Assembly: GCA_026415035.1 (NCBI GenBank)
Contig: JAOAHX010000013.1
Location: 13,717-77,716 of the forward strand
Reading direction: 5' to 3'
Source of the DNA: Thermodesulfobacteriota bacterium
GTDB lineage: Bacteria > Desulfobacterota > BSN033 > UBA1163
Length of the DNA stretch: 64,000 nucleotides
Shown: piece after piece, positions 37,599-46,569 of the stretch
How the letters are laid out: the number at the start of each line of letters is the position of its first letter
Position numbering within the stretch: position 1 is the stretch's first letter
Notes under the pieces: generated by a model
Seen by the model: only the letters and a program-made list of their open reading frames with translations
Told to the model about the DNA's origin: nothing
Databases searched by the model: none
Program-made: the position numbers and the translations under genes

Positions 37599-38402
37599 AT
37601 GGAAGATCAAATCCTGCTCCAAATTAACAACATCAGCGTCGTCTACTCCGATGTGATCCAGGTGCTCAAAGGGGTCTCCTTGGTCGTCAAAAGGAGGCAG
37701 ATCGTCTCCCTTCTGGGCAGCAATGGCGCGGGGAAGACGACCACCTTGAAGGCCATCTCGGGTCTGTTAAAGCCTGAAAATGGTTATGTCACCGAAGGGT
37801 CGATCATCTACGAAGGCCATCCCATTCACAATTTCTCGCCCGAGAAGATCACCCGGTTGGGGATCATCCAGGTGATGGAGGGACGGCAACCCTTCAAATT
37901 GTTGACCGTTGAAGAGAACCTCCGCGTGGGGACCGCTACGAGGTGGGGCAAACCCTACAAGAAAGACCTCGAGATGGTCTATCACTACTTTCAACCCCTT
38001 CTGGCCCGGAGGAACCGGCTGGCCGGTTACTGCAGCGGCGGCGAGTTGCAGATGCTCGTCATGGGCCGGGCCCTCATGGCCCATCCCAAGCTCCTGCTCT
38101 TGGACGAGCCCTCCTTGGGTTTGGCTCCCTTCTTGGTGCGGGAGATCTTCGAGATCATCAAGAGGATCAACGAAGAGCAGGGGACGACGATCATGTTGGT
38201 GGAGCAGAATGCCAACATGGCCCTGCAGATTGCCACCTATGGCTATGTGATGGAGAACGGCAAGATCATGATGGAGGACGAGGCTGCCCGGTTGCGGGAA
38301 AACCCCGATGTCAAGGAATTTTACCTGGGAACCGCAACTTCAGGCGCCTTAAAATCCTACAAGGACGTTAAGGCCTACAAACGGCGCAAACGTTGGCTGT
38401 AA
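37599..38402 (+). CDS. ABC transporter ATP-binding protein (LivF-like)
   Basis: Walker A GSNGAGKTT, signature CSGGELQML, Walker B LLLLDEPS. Confidence 0.85.
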   Translation: MEDQILLQINNISVVYSDVIQVLKGVSLVVKRRQIVSLLGSNGAGKTTTLKAISGLLKPENGYVTEGSIIYEGHPIHNFSPEKITRLGIIQVMEGRQPFKLLTVEENLRVGTATRWGKPYKKDLEMVYHYFQPLLARRNRLAGYCSGGELQMLVMGRALMAHPKLLLLDEPSLGLAPFLVREIFEIIKRINEEQGTTIMLVEQNANMALQIATYGYVMENGKIMMEDEAARLRENPDVKEFYLGTATSGALKSYKDVKAYKRRKRWL

Positions 38403-38539
38403 AAAAAGATCGAGGAGAGACCCCTCCTCGAAAACGCTAAGGGCGACGGCTGTCGCCAATTAATTGTTCTGAATTTGTGAAATATTGCACCACAACCCTT
38501 CGATCCATTCCATTATGAAGCGTTAAGAAAGGGGGCTTT

Positions 38540-40123
38540 ATGGGAATGATGGACATCCATATCGGAGAGATGCTCGCACGAAATGCAAGGCTCTACCCCA
38601 ACGACGTCGCCCTGGTGGAGCGGGTTCCCGAAAAGGGGATCAGAAGGGAGATCACCTGGAGGCAGTTCGATGAACAGGCCAACCGTTTTGCCAATGTCCT
38701 GTTGAATAAGGGAATCAAGAAGGGGGATAAGGTCATCCACCTCATGATGAACTCCTTGGAATGGCTCGTGGCCTACTTTGGAATCATCCGGACCGGTGCC
38801 TGGGCCGTACCCCTCAATTTTCGTTTCACCAGTGGCGATATCAAATATTGCTGCGAGGTGGCCGAACCCAAAGGTCTGGTCTTCGGTGAGGAATTTATCG
38901 ATCGGGTGACCGCCATCAAGGACGAACTTCCCACGGTGAAGGACTACATCTTCGTCGGCAAAGACGTCCCCTCTTTTGCGGACTCCTTCGAACAGGCCCT
39001 CGAGAAGGTTCCTTCCACCGCGCCCGAGGTCCCTATTGGCTACGATGATCCCTGCGGCCTCTACTTTACCTCTGGAACGACGGGACAGCCGAAACCGATC
39101 CTCCTCACCCACAAGAACATGGTCTGTGCCTGCATCACGGAGAATCATCACCACTACCAGACTCGAAAGGACACCTTCGTCCTCATCCCACCCCTCTATC
39201 ACACCGGCGCCAAGATGCACTGGTTCGGGAGTTTCATCGTGGGCGGAAAAGGGGTGATCCTCAAAGGGGTTCAACCCGAATGGATCCTTCAAACCATGAG
39301 CGAAGAGAAGGCCTCCATCATCTTCCTGCTCGTCCCCTGGGCCCAGGATATCCTCGTAAAGCTCGATAGCGGTGAGGTCAAACTCGACCGCTATGACCTG
39401 AGGCACTGGAGGCTGATGCACATCGGCGCCCAGCCCGTCCCGCCCTCGCTGGTGAAACACTGGAAGGAGTACTTCCCCAAGATGCAGTATGACACCAATT
39501 ACGGCCTCAGCGAGTCGACCGGGCCGGGATGTGTCCACCTCGGCATCGAGAACGAACACAAGGTGGGCGCCATCGGCCTGCCGGGATTTAACTGGGAGGC
39601 CCGTATCGTGGACGAGGAAGGCAACGATGTCCGGAAGGGAGAGGTGGGAGAGCTGGTCGTCAGGGGAGACGGGGTGATGAGGGAGTATTATAAAAATCCG
39701 GAGGCCACGGCCAAGGCCATCCGGAAGGGTTGGCTCTATACGGGAGACATGGGAAGGGTCGATGAGGACGATTTCATCTACCTCGTCGATCGAAAGAAAG
39801 ACCTGATCATCTGTGGCGGTGAGAATGTCTTTCCCGTGGAGGTGGAGGATTTCCTTCACACCCTGCCCGGGGTCAAGGACGTGGCGGCCATTGGGTTTCC
39901 GGATGAACGCCTCGGGGAGATCGTGGGGGTTATCGTGGAGGTCGTCCCCGGGAAGACCCTGACCGAAGAAGAGGTGCTGAAGTTCTGCGAGGCCTTGCCC
40001 AAGTATAAACGGCCCCGGAAGGTCTTCTTCGGAGAGGTCCCCCGGAATCCAACGGGAAAGATCGAAAAACCGAAATTGAGAAAGAAGTACATCGGCACGG
40101 AGGAAGCCTTCCGGATCAAATAA
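38540..40123 (+). CDS. AMP-dependent synthetase/ligase (class I acyl-/aryl-CoA ligase)
   Basis: YFTSGTTGQPKP motif. 527 aa. Strong RBS. Confidence 0.85.
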   Translation: MGMMDIHIGEMLARNARLYPNDVALVERVPEKGIRREITWRQFDEQANRFANVLLNKGIKKGDKVIHLMMNSLEWLVAYFGIIRTGAWAVPLNFRFTSGDIKYCCEVAEPKGLVFGEEFIDRVTAIKDELPTVKDYIFVGKDVPSFADSFEQALEKVPSTAPEVPIGYDDPCGLYFTSGTTGQPKPILLTHKNMVCACITENHHHYQTRKDTFVLIPPLYHTGAKMHWFGSFIVGGKGVILKGVQPEWILQTMSEEKASIIFLLVPWAQDILVKLDSGEVKLDRYDLRHWRLMHIGAQPVPPSLVKHWKEYFPKMQYDTNYGLSESTGPGCVHLGIENEHKVGAIGLPGFNWEARIVDEEGNDVRKGEVGELVVRGDGVMREYYKNPEATAKAIRKGWLYTGDMGRVDEDDFIYLVDRKKDLIICGGENVFPVEVEDFLHTLPGVKDVAAIGFPDERLGEIVGVIVEVVPGKTLTEEEVLKFCEALPKYKRPRKVFFGEVPRNPTGKIEKPKLRKKYIGTEEAFRIK

Positions 40124-40146
40124 GAGACCGTCTCTCCTGAATCAAC

Positions 40147-40941
40147 ATGGGGATTGCCCTCGGGATCGATATCGGATCGGCGGTTTCGAAAGGGGTGGCC
40201 CTCCATCCGGAAGGCCTCCTCAGCTCGTTCGATTGCCCCTCCGGTGGACATCTCCGATCGACCGCGGAAAAGGTGAGGACGGCCTTGTTGGAGCGTGCAG
40301 GAATCGCCGCCACCCAAAACCTTAGGACGGTGGCCACCGGGTACGGGGCCAAACAGGTCTATTATGCCGATGAGGTCAGACCCGAGGTCGCCTGCCTGGC
40401 CAAGGGCATCTCCTCACTCCTCCCTTCCGTGAGGACGGTGATCGATATCGGAGACCTCTATACCAAAGTCCTCCACACCGATGGGAAGGGGGGGGTAACG
40501 AACTTTGTTTTAAGCGGAAAATGCGCGGGAGGCAGCGGAAGGATCCTTCAGGTGATGGCCAAGGTCCTCCAAGTCAAGGTGGAGGAGATCGGTGAACTCT
40601 CTTTGAAATCGACCCGGAGGGTCGAATTTAACACCGGATGTGCGGTCTTTGCGGAGTCGGAGGCCATCTCCCGGCTCTCTCAAGAGACGAAAAAGGAGGA
40701 CCTCCTCGCGGGTCTCCACCGCGCCCTGGCAGCGCAGATCCAGAGCCTCGCCGAACGGATCGGCATCGAGAAGGATGTGGCCCTCACCGGAGGGGGCGCC
40801 CTGGACATCGGTCTCGTAGCGGCCTTCCGAGAGCTTTGGGGAGAGGCGATCCTGGTCCCGGCCAACCCCAATCTGGTGGCGGCCTTAGGCGCTGCCCTTT
40901 TTGCAAGGGAAGGGCTCGGCCCATCGATTGAAAGCCTCTAA
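40147..40941 (+). CDS. BadF/BadG/BcrA/BcrD/HgdC-family ATPase ('activase'-type electron-transferring subunit) 1
   Basis: N-terminal GIDIGSAVSKGV (ASKHA fold). VIDIGDLYTKV. The Cys region 'GKCAGGSGRIL'. 264 aa. Confidence 0.8.
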   Translation: MGIALGIDIGSAVSKGVALHPEGLLSSFDCPSGGHLRSTAEKVRTALLERAGIAATQNLRTVATGYGAKQVYYADEVRPEVACLAKGISSLLPSVRTVIDIGDLYTKVLHTDGKGGVTNFVLSGKCAGGSGRILQVMAKVLQVKVEEIGELSLKSTRRVEFNTGCAVFAESEAISRLSQETKKEDLLAGLHRALAAQIQSLAERIGIEKDVALTGGGALDIGLVAAFRELWGEAILVPANPNLVAALGAALFAREGLGPSIESL

Positions 40942-41030
40942 GGGATGGGATATAGTTAAATCATAGGGATCGAATTCGGGCGATCGGGAAAAAGGGTTCC
41001 CCGGAGGCCGGTTGAGAGAGGAGCGACTCG

Positions 41031-42194
41031 ATGAGCGACACACCCTCGGCGATCTTTTCTATCGTGAAGTCGAATTATGAGGATTACGGACGGAGAGCCA
41101 GAGAACTGAAAGAGGCCGGAAGGACGATCATCGGTTATATCTGCTCCTTCGTCCCCCTGGAGATTATCACCGCCTCCGGTGCCATCCCTTTTCGCGTCCG
41201 GGGAAACCCGCACGAGCCCATCACGAAAGGCGACACCCTCCTTGAGACGATCGTCTGCCCCTATTACCGGAGCTGTTTCGACCTCTCCGTGAAGGAGAAG
41301 TATTCTTTCCTCTCCGGCATGGTGATCCCACACGGGTGCGACAGCATGGTGAGGAGTTACAGCGTCTGGAGCTACAGTCTGCCCTATCCCTATTTCCACT
41401 TTGTCAATACCCCAACGGTCTGCGAGGAGTCTTCCTTCGAATTCTTCGAGGCCGAGCTCCTCACCTATAAAAGGAGCCTCGAACAGTTCCTGGGAAAGGA
41501 GATCACCCGGCAGGACCTCGAGCAGGCCATCCGGCTCCATAACGAGCTTCGCGACCGGGTGAGAGCCCTCTATGACCTGAGAAGATCGGACCCTCCCCTC
41601 CTGTCGGGGACCGAACTGACCATGACCCTCACGGTGGGATCGAGCCTTCCGGTCGAAGAAGCGACCCAACTCTTTGACCAGGTTCTGGCCGAGGCCAAGA
41701 CCAGGGGGAGATCCCCCTTAAAAAAGGGACCGAGAATTCTGGTCGACGGGGCGTGTCTGGACAACATCGAACTGATCAAGCTGGTGGAAGAGCTGGGGGG
41801 CAATGTCGTGGCCGACACGATCTGCAACGGGGCCAGGGACCAGCTTCCCAAGACCGATGTCGATCAGGAACCTCTCAAGGCGCTGGCCCGTCGCTATTTG
41901 GACAAGATCAACTGCCCCAAGACGTACCGGGCCAACAAGGCCGGGACTTTCGAAGGGGACATTGCGAATCGGTTCGGCGATATCGGCGCCTATGCAAAGG
42001 CCTTCGGTGTGCAGGGAGCGATCCTCTATGTCTATAAGTACTGCGACCCCTTCGGTTTCGAGGTTCCGGCCCGGAAGGCCTACTATCAATCGATCCAGGT
42101 CCCCCTTCTCCACCTCGAAGATATCTATTCCGCCGGGACCCTGGGACAATTGAAGACGAGGATTCAGGCCTTCTTGGAGATGATCGGGGGGTAG
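41031..42194 (+). CDS. 2-hydroxyacyl-CoA dehydratase/benzoyl-CoA reductase family subunit (HgdB/BcrC/BadD-like)
   Basis: 387 aa. N-terminal 'RTIIGYICSFVPLEIITASGAIPFRVRG', typical of the D-component/BcrC family. Conserved Cys residues. Confidence 0.75.
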   Translation: MSDTPSAIFSIVKSNYEDYGRRARELKEAGRTIIGYICSFVPLEIITASGAIPFRVRGNPHEPITKGDTLLETIVCPYYRSCFDLSVKEKYSFLSGMVIPHGCDSMVRSYSVWSYSLPYPYFHFVNTPTVCEESSFEFFEAELLTYKRSLEQFLGKEITRQDLEQAIRLHNELRDRVRALYDLRRSDPPLLSGTELTMTLTVGSSLPVEEATQLFDQVLAEAKTRGRSPLKKGPRILVDGACLDNIELIKLVEELGGNVVADTICNGARDQLPKTDVDQEPLKALARRYLDKINCPKTYRANKAGTFEGDIANRFGDIGAYAKAFGVQGAILYVYKYCDPFGFEVPARKAYYQSIQVPLLHLEDIYSAGTLGQLKTRIQAFLEMIGG

Positions 42195-42247
42195 GGCGAT
42201 TTAAGAGGAAGCCCCCATCCGCAAGGGAAATAGAGGAGAGCGACGGA

Positions 42248-43651
42248 ATGGCTGAGGAGCAGAAAGAGACAAAACCGAAGAAGAGGATGACCGCGACCCG
42301 GGCGGCCGCCTCGGTCGGCGCCATGGTGAAAGAGTTCATCACGGGGGCGCTCCAGGCCCGGGCCGAAGGGAAGCAGAAGCTCGCCTATACCTTCATCGTC
42401 TGCCACCACGAGGAGATCTTCCGGGCCCTCGACGTGGTGCCGATCTGGACCGAAAACTTCGCGGGCATCTGCGGCGCCAAAAGGGATGCCGAACGGTTCC
42501 TCCAGCGGGCCGAATCGTTGGGTCTATCCCGATCCTTATGCACCTATGCCCTTTGCGGGATCGGTTTCGACCAGTGGAGGGAGGAGTTGGGTCAGATGCC
42601 TCCGGATGCCCCCTGGGGCGGAATGCCGAGGCCCGACTTCATGATCTCCAGCGGTCAGATCCTCTGCGATCCGCGCTCCAAATGGTACCAAGCCTCTCAG
42701 CAATTCATGCCCGATGTGCCCATCTACAACATCGATCTTCCCTACCCTCTCTTTCATCCCCATCGCGACCACCGGGAGGTCCTGGGGTATTACCATCGCT
42801 ACATCGTCCAACAGTTACGAGGCCTGGTGGCCTTCCTCGAGGAACAGACAAAGAAGAAGATGGATTATGACCGTCTGAGAGAGCTGGTGGACTTGAGCGA
42901 CCGCACCTGGGACCTGATCGAGGAGACCTACTCGCTCCGAAAGGCGGTCCCCTGTCCCATGGGAACGGGCGATGCGATGAACACGATGGTGCCCATCAAC
43001 TTCATGATGGCGACCCAGAGGGCCTACGACTTCTTCGTCGAACTGAAGAAGGAGTTAGAAGAGAAGATTGCCAAAGGAGAGGGCGAGGTTGAAAACGAGA
43101 AGTACCGGCTCATGTGGGGTGGGGGGTTGCCCGCCTGGTATGCCCTGAGCGACTTCAACTATTTCAACAGCAAAGGGGCCTCCTTTCCCGTGGAGACGAC
43201 CTACCGGATGGTGGCCCCTCTCAAGGAGATGGACCTGCCGGAGACGAAAGACCCGATCGAACACCTGGCCTGGCGATGGCTCGGATACTGGACGTTCTGG
43301 TACGATCGGGCCAGGAGGCGGCCGGGTTCGGAGCCGGACGTCGAACGGCTGATCCACCGGATCGAGGAGTACAAGATCGACGGGGTCGTCATGCACGAGG
43401 CCTTCTCTTGTCGGACCTGGCACGTGGGCCTCATCTGGCAGTTACACCAGTTGGCCAAAATTTACAAACCCATTCCGGTCTATGTGGTGGGTAAGGATGG
43501 ACAAAGAGAAAAAATCTACCGGGAGCTTCCCTCCCTGATCCTCGAAAGCGACATCATCGATATCACCTCCTATTCCGAGGTGGATACGAGACAGAAGATC
43601 GACGCCTTCATCGAAACCCTCGAGTCGATCCGCCTCAACAGAGCGGCCTGA
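42248..43651 (+). CDS. 2-hydroxyacyl-CoA dehydratase/benzoyl-CoA reductase family subunit (HgdA/BcrB/BadE-like)
   Basis: 467 aa. The region 'AYTFIVCHHEEIFRALDVVPIWTENFAGICGAKRDAERFLQRAESLGLSRSLCTYALCGIGF' matches the family. Confidence 0.75.
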   Translation: MAEEQKETKPKKRMTATRAAASVGAMVKEFITGALQARAEGKQKLAYTFIVCHHEEIFRALDVVPIWTENFAGICGAKRDAERFLQRAESLGLSRSLCTYALCGIGFDQWREELGQMPPDAPWGGMPRPDFMISSGQILCDPRSKWYQASQQFMPDVPIYNIDLPYPLFHPHRDHREVLGYYHRYIVQQLRGLVAFLEEQTKKKMDYDRLRELVDLSDRTWDLIEETYSLRKAVPCPMGTGDAMNTMVPINFMMATQRAYDFFVELKKELEEKIAKGEGEVENEKYRLMWGGGLPAWYALSDFNYFNSKGASFPVETTYRMVAPLKEMDLPETKDPIEHLAWRWLGYWTFWYDRARRRPGSEPDVERLIHRIEEYKIDGVVMHEAFSCRTWHVGLIWQLHQLAKIYKPIPVYVVGKDGQREKIYRELPSLILESDIIDITSYSEVDTRQKIDAFIETLESIRLNRAA

Positions 43652-43670
43652 TCCTCTGCGAGCTTGACCC

Positions 43671-44513
43671 TTGACCTTCTACTTCGCGGGCATCGATATC
43701 GGTTCCACCATGACGAAGGCGGTGATCCTCGAAAAGGGGATCCTGGCCTCCGTCATCGGTCCCACAGGTCCGGAACAGCGCCGTCTGGCGCACCGGGTGA
43801 TGGAAGAGGCCTTGAAGCGGGCCTCCCTTCCCTTCTCCCGCCTCACCTTCATCGTTGCCACAGGTTACGGAAGGCTCAACGTCCCTTTTGCTGACAAGCA
43901 GTTCACCGAGATCACCTGCCACGCCAGGGGCATCGTCCATCTCCTTCCCCGGGCCCGGACGATCATCGATATCGGAGGCCAGGATGTGAAGGGGATCAAG
44001 GTCGATGCCACGGGAAAGGTCGTCGATTTCGTGATGAACGATAAGTGTGCGGCCGGAAGCGGCCGCTTTATCGAGGTGATCGCGGAGACGCTCGGCGTTC
44101 CGCTGGATCAGGTGGGCGAGCTCTCCCTTCAGAGCCAGAATCCGGCGACGATCAGCAACCTCTGCACCATCTATGCCCAGCAGGAGGTGGCCGCAAGCCT
44201 CGCTGAGGGAGTTCCCCTACCCGATCTGCTCGCCGGCGTCCACCTCTCCCTTGCCGACCGGATCGTCCGGATGGTGAAACGGCTGAAGGTGGAGGAGGCG
44301 GTCATCGTCACAGGGGGCGGTGCAAAAAACAGGGGGCTCCTCAAGGTCCTCTCGGAGCTGTTGGGCCAAAAGATCCTCGTCCCAGAAGAGCCCCTCCTCA
44401 CGGGTGCCCTCGGCGCCGCGCTCTTGGGAAGGGAGTTGGTGGATAAGGCCCTAAAAAACAAGACGCCCCTCGAAACCAAAGAGCGGGTCTTCAAAGAGGT
44501 CGAAATCCTTTGA
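43671..44513 (+). CDS. BadF/BadG/BcrA/BcrD/HgdC-family ATPase ('activase'-type) 2
   Basis: N-terminal GIDIGSTMTKAV, IIDIGGQDVKGIKV, NDKCAAGSGRFIEV. 280 aa. Only a TTG start precedes the GIDIGS motif, so the start is uncertain. Confidence 0.75.
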   Translation: MTFYFAGIDIGSTMTKAVILEKGILASVIGPTGPEQRRLAHRVMEEALKRASLPFSRLTFIVATGYGRLNVPFADKQFTEITCHARGIVHLLPRARTIIDIGGQDVKGIKVDATGKVVDFVMNDKCAAGSGRFIEVIAETLGVPLDQVGELSLQSQNPATISNLCTIYAQQEVAASLAEGVPLPDLLAGVHLSLADRIVRMVKRLKVEEAVIVTGGGAKNRGLLKVLSELLGQKILVPEEPLLTGALGAALLGRELVDKALKNKTPLETKERVFKEVEIL

Positions 44514-44574
44514 TCCGGGGTTGCATCGGAACGAAGGCCATGGCAAGAGAAGGAAGGATCTAAGGAGCCGCACC

Positions 44575-45036
44575 ATGGAGGAGAGGGGTTTCACCCTGAT
44601 CGAGATCATCATCCTCATCGTCATTCTGGGGATTCTAAGCGCCATTGTCATCCCGAGGTACCTCGACCTTTCGAGATCGTCCGAAAAGGCCGTGGCCGAG
44701 CAACTGGTCGGCTCCATGAGGTCGGCCCTGACCCTCTATTATTCGAACTGGGTGGCGAAACAGAAGGGAACGCTTAAGAACTTCAGAGATAACATCTCCA
44801 TCCCCAATTTTGTGAAGGTGGCGGGAGATGCGATGGGGCTCACGGGAAACGAGACCCTGGTCTTGGAGAGGCATATGACCTCCCGGTTCGTGAACGACCA
44901 GCCTTCCTCCATCAAAGACTATGCCCAGGACGGATCCGGGAGGCACCTTCGTTTCGTCTTTAAGAACGGGGCCATCCTGGATATCTATTACGATCGAGAG
45001 AAACCTGCCATCGATGCCGTTTTCACCGGATTCTAA
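44575..45036 (+). CDS. Prepilin-type N-terminal cleavage/methylation domain protein (type IV pilin or pseudopilin)
   Basis: Class III signal 'MEERG|FTLIEIIILIVILGILSAIVIP' with Glu at +5. ATG with an AGGAG RBS. The ORF-track TTG extension was rejected. Confidence 0.7.
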   Translation: MEERGFTLIEIIILIVILGILSAIVIPRYLDLSRSSEKAVAEQLVGSMRSALTLYYSNWVAKQKGTLKNFRDNISIPNFVKVAGDAMGLTGNETLVLERHMTSRFVNDQPSSIKDYAQDGSGRHLRFVFKNGAILDIYYDREKPAIDAVFTGF

Positions 45037-46547
45037 TCGAACCGATAGAAACCGACGGGCGTGAAGATGAATTCCGTCACCCCGGAGTGGTAAAAGAACC
45101 GGTTGAGGAAATAGTACATCAGAAACTTATGGTTCTCATCGAGCTGGTCGATCCTCCCCCCTTCCGCATGGGCCAGGGCAGGGAAATAGGAGGGATCGAA
45201 GGCGATCGTCCCCTGGAACCGGTTCCGACCTAAATCGGCCTCCTTCAATTTGAGATCCACAATCTTCGGGACTTCAAGTCTCGTCTCTCTCCTCTGAAAT
45301 TCTAAGAAGGTGATCTCCGCAAGGATCCCGTAGGCCTCTCGAGGTTTCGGTCGGAGGACGGCGACCCGCCGGTTCCGGTAGGGATTCTCTCCGAGGCTAC
45401 GGTAGAGATCGAGAACCTGCTCCTTCTTCTCGAGGGTAAGCCTGTAGATCCTCAAAAAATCGGAATCGAATACGATCTGGCTCCCCCGGAGACGTTCGGG
45501 AACAGAGCGGTCTTTATAATGAAAGTAATGGATTGTCGTGCCCTCCTCAAGATCCATAAGGAAAGGCCGGAGATAAATGGCATGCCGGGTATAAACGATA
45601 TAGAAAAGAAAAAGGGTCAGGCCGAGGATGAGCACTCCCTTTGCCCGACTTCCGGCTGAGGATCCCTTCAGGGTGAGGAGATAGATAAAAAGGTAGAGGG
45701 CGAGGTGGACGGTGCCATGTTTTAACGTGTAGGTGGCAAGGCCGAGGGAGGGATCGATCAGGCCTTTCAAGGCGAAGATTCCAAGCCCCGCCCAGAAGAA
45801 GACCTTCCATCTCTTTTTCAGGAAGAGCCGGACCTCATCAGGCCCCTGGGCATGGAAGAGGATGAGGAGGGCGGCGATCGCCACGAGGAAATCGTAGGCC
45901 AAAGGCCCGCCGTCAGAGAGAGATTTGATGACGGAGTGAAAGGCGAGGGTGTTAAGAATCGCCATGCCTGTTCGATACTCCCTCTTCCAGCGAAGAACGA
46001 TTCCCGGTGCGAGATGAAAGCTGAGAAAGAGGGCCGAGAGGACGGAAGCGAGTGTCAGAAAGCCGTAGGCCTTCGGGACCGCCTGGACAAAGGCCCTTCC
46101 ATCATCCATGCCTCCGAAAGTCCCTTCCAAACCGAGGAGTTCTGCCGACCGGAAGAGGAAGACCTTTGAAGTATGGATATGGGGGAAGAAATTGACGGAG
46201 TTGTCGATCTCCCTGAAGTGGTAGTGATAAGCTCCCATGGGAAGGGAAAAGGTTTGGAGATAATGGAGATAGGAGCCGAGGGAGGCTGCCATGCCCACCC
46301 CCAAGGAGAACAGGAAGGCCTTTTTTGTCCAACCGGCCTCCTTGGGCACGCTCCCTCCCCTGATGCTACGGAAAAAGAGAAGGAGGAAAAGACCGGAGGC
46401 GTAGAGCAACAGGAAGTAGATCTTTCCTCCCGAAACCCCATGGACCAGCAGGCTCAACAGGAAATGGGAAAAGAAGCGGAAGGAGTAGTTCAACCGGTAG
46501 AGGAGAAACGTCGATAGGGTCAGGAAGGCGAAGAAGAGGTAGACCAT
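45033..46547 (-). CDS. Hypothetical polytopic membrane protein with a C-terminal soluble domain
   Basis: 504 aa. About 9-10 hydrophobic helices in the first 330 aa and a C-terminal domain of about 170 aa. No recognisable motif. Convergent with the pilin gene and overlapping it by 4 nt. Confidence 0.45.
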   Translation of the reverse strand: MVYLFFAFLTLSTFLLYRLNYSFRFFSHFLLSLLVHGVSGGKIYFLLLYASGLFLLLFFRSIRGGSVPKEAGWTKKAFLFSLGVGMAASLGSYLHYLQTFSLPMGAYHYHFREIDNSVNFFPHIHTSKVFLFRSAELLGLEGTFGGMDDGRAFVQAVPKAYGFLTLASVLSALFLSFHLAPGIVLRWKREYRTGMAILNTLAFHSVIKSLSDGGPLAYDFLVAIAALLILFHAQGPDEVRLFLKKRWKVFFWAGLGIFALKGLIDPSLGLATYTLKHGTVHLALYLFIYLLTLKGSSAGSRAKGVLILGLTLFLFYIVYTRHAIYLRPFLMDLEEGTTIHYFHYKDRSVPERLRGSQIVFDSDFLRIYRLTLEKKEQVLDLYRSLGENPYRNRRVAVLRPKPREAYGILAEITFLEFQRRETRLEVPKIVDLKLKEADLGRNRFQGTIAFDPSYFPALAHAEGGRIDQLDENHKFLMYYFLNRFFYHSGVTEFIFTPVGFYRFD

Positions 46548-46569
46548 CGATCCTGTGGAAAGAATGGGT

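Noticed and set aside
38406-38435. 8-bp hairpin TCGAGGAG/CTCCTCGA after livF
   Set aside because: It is followed by an A-rich rather than T-rich tract on the plus strand. The T-tract is on the minus strand, where no gene needs terminating, so it is not a convincing terminator.
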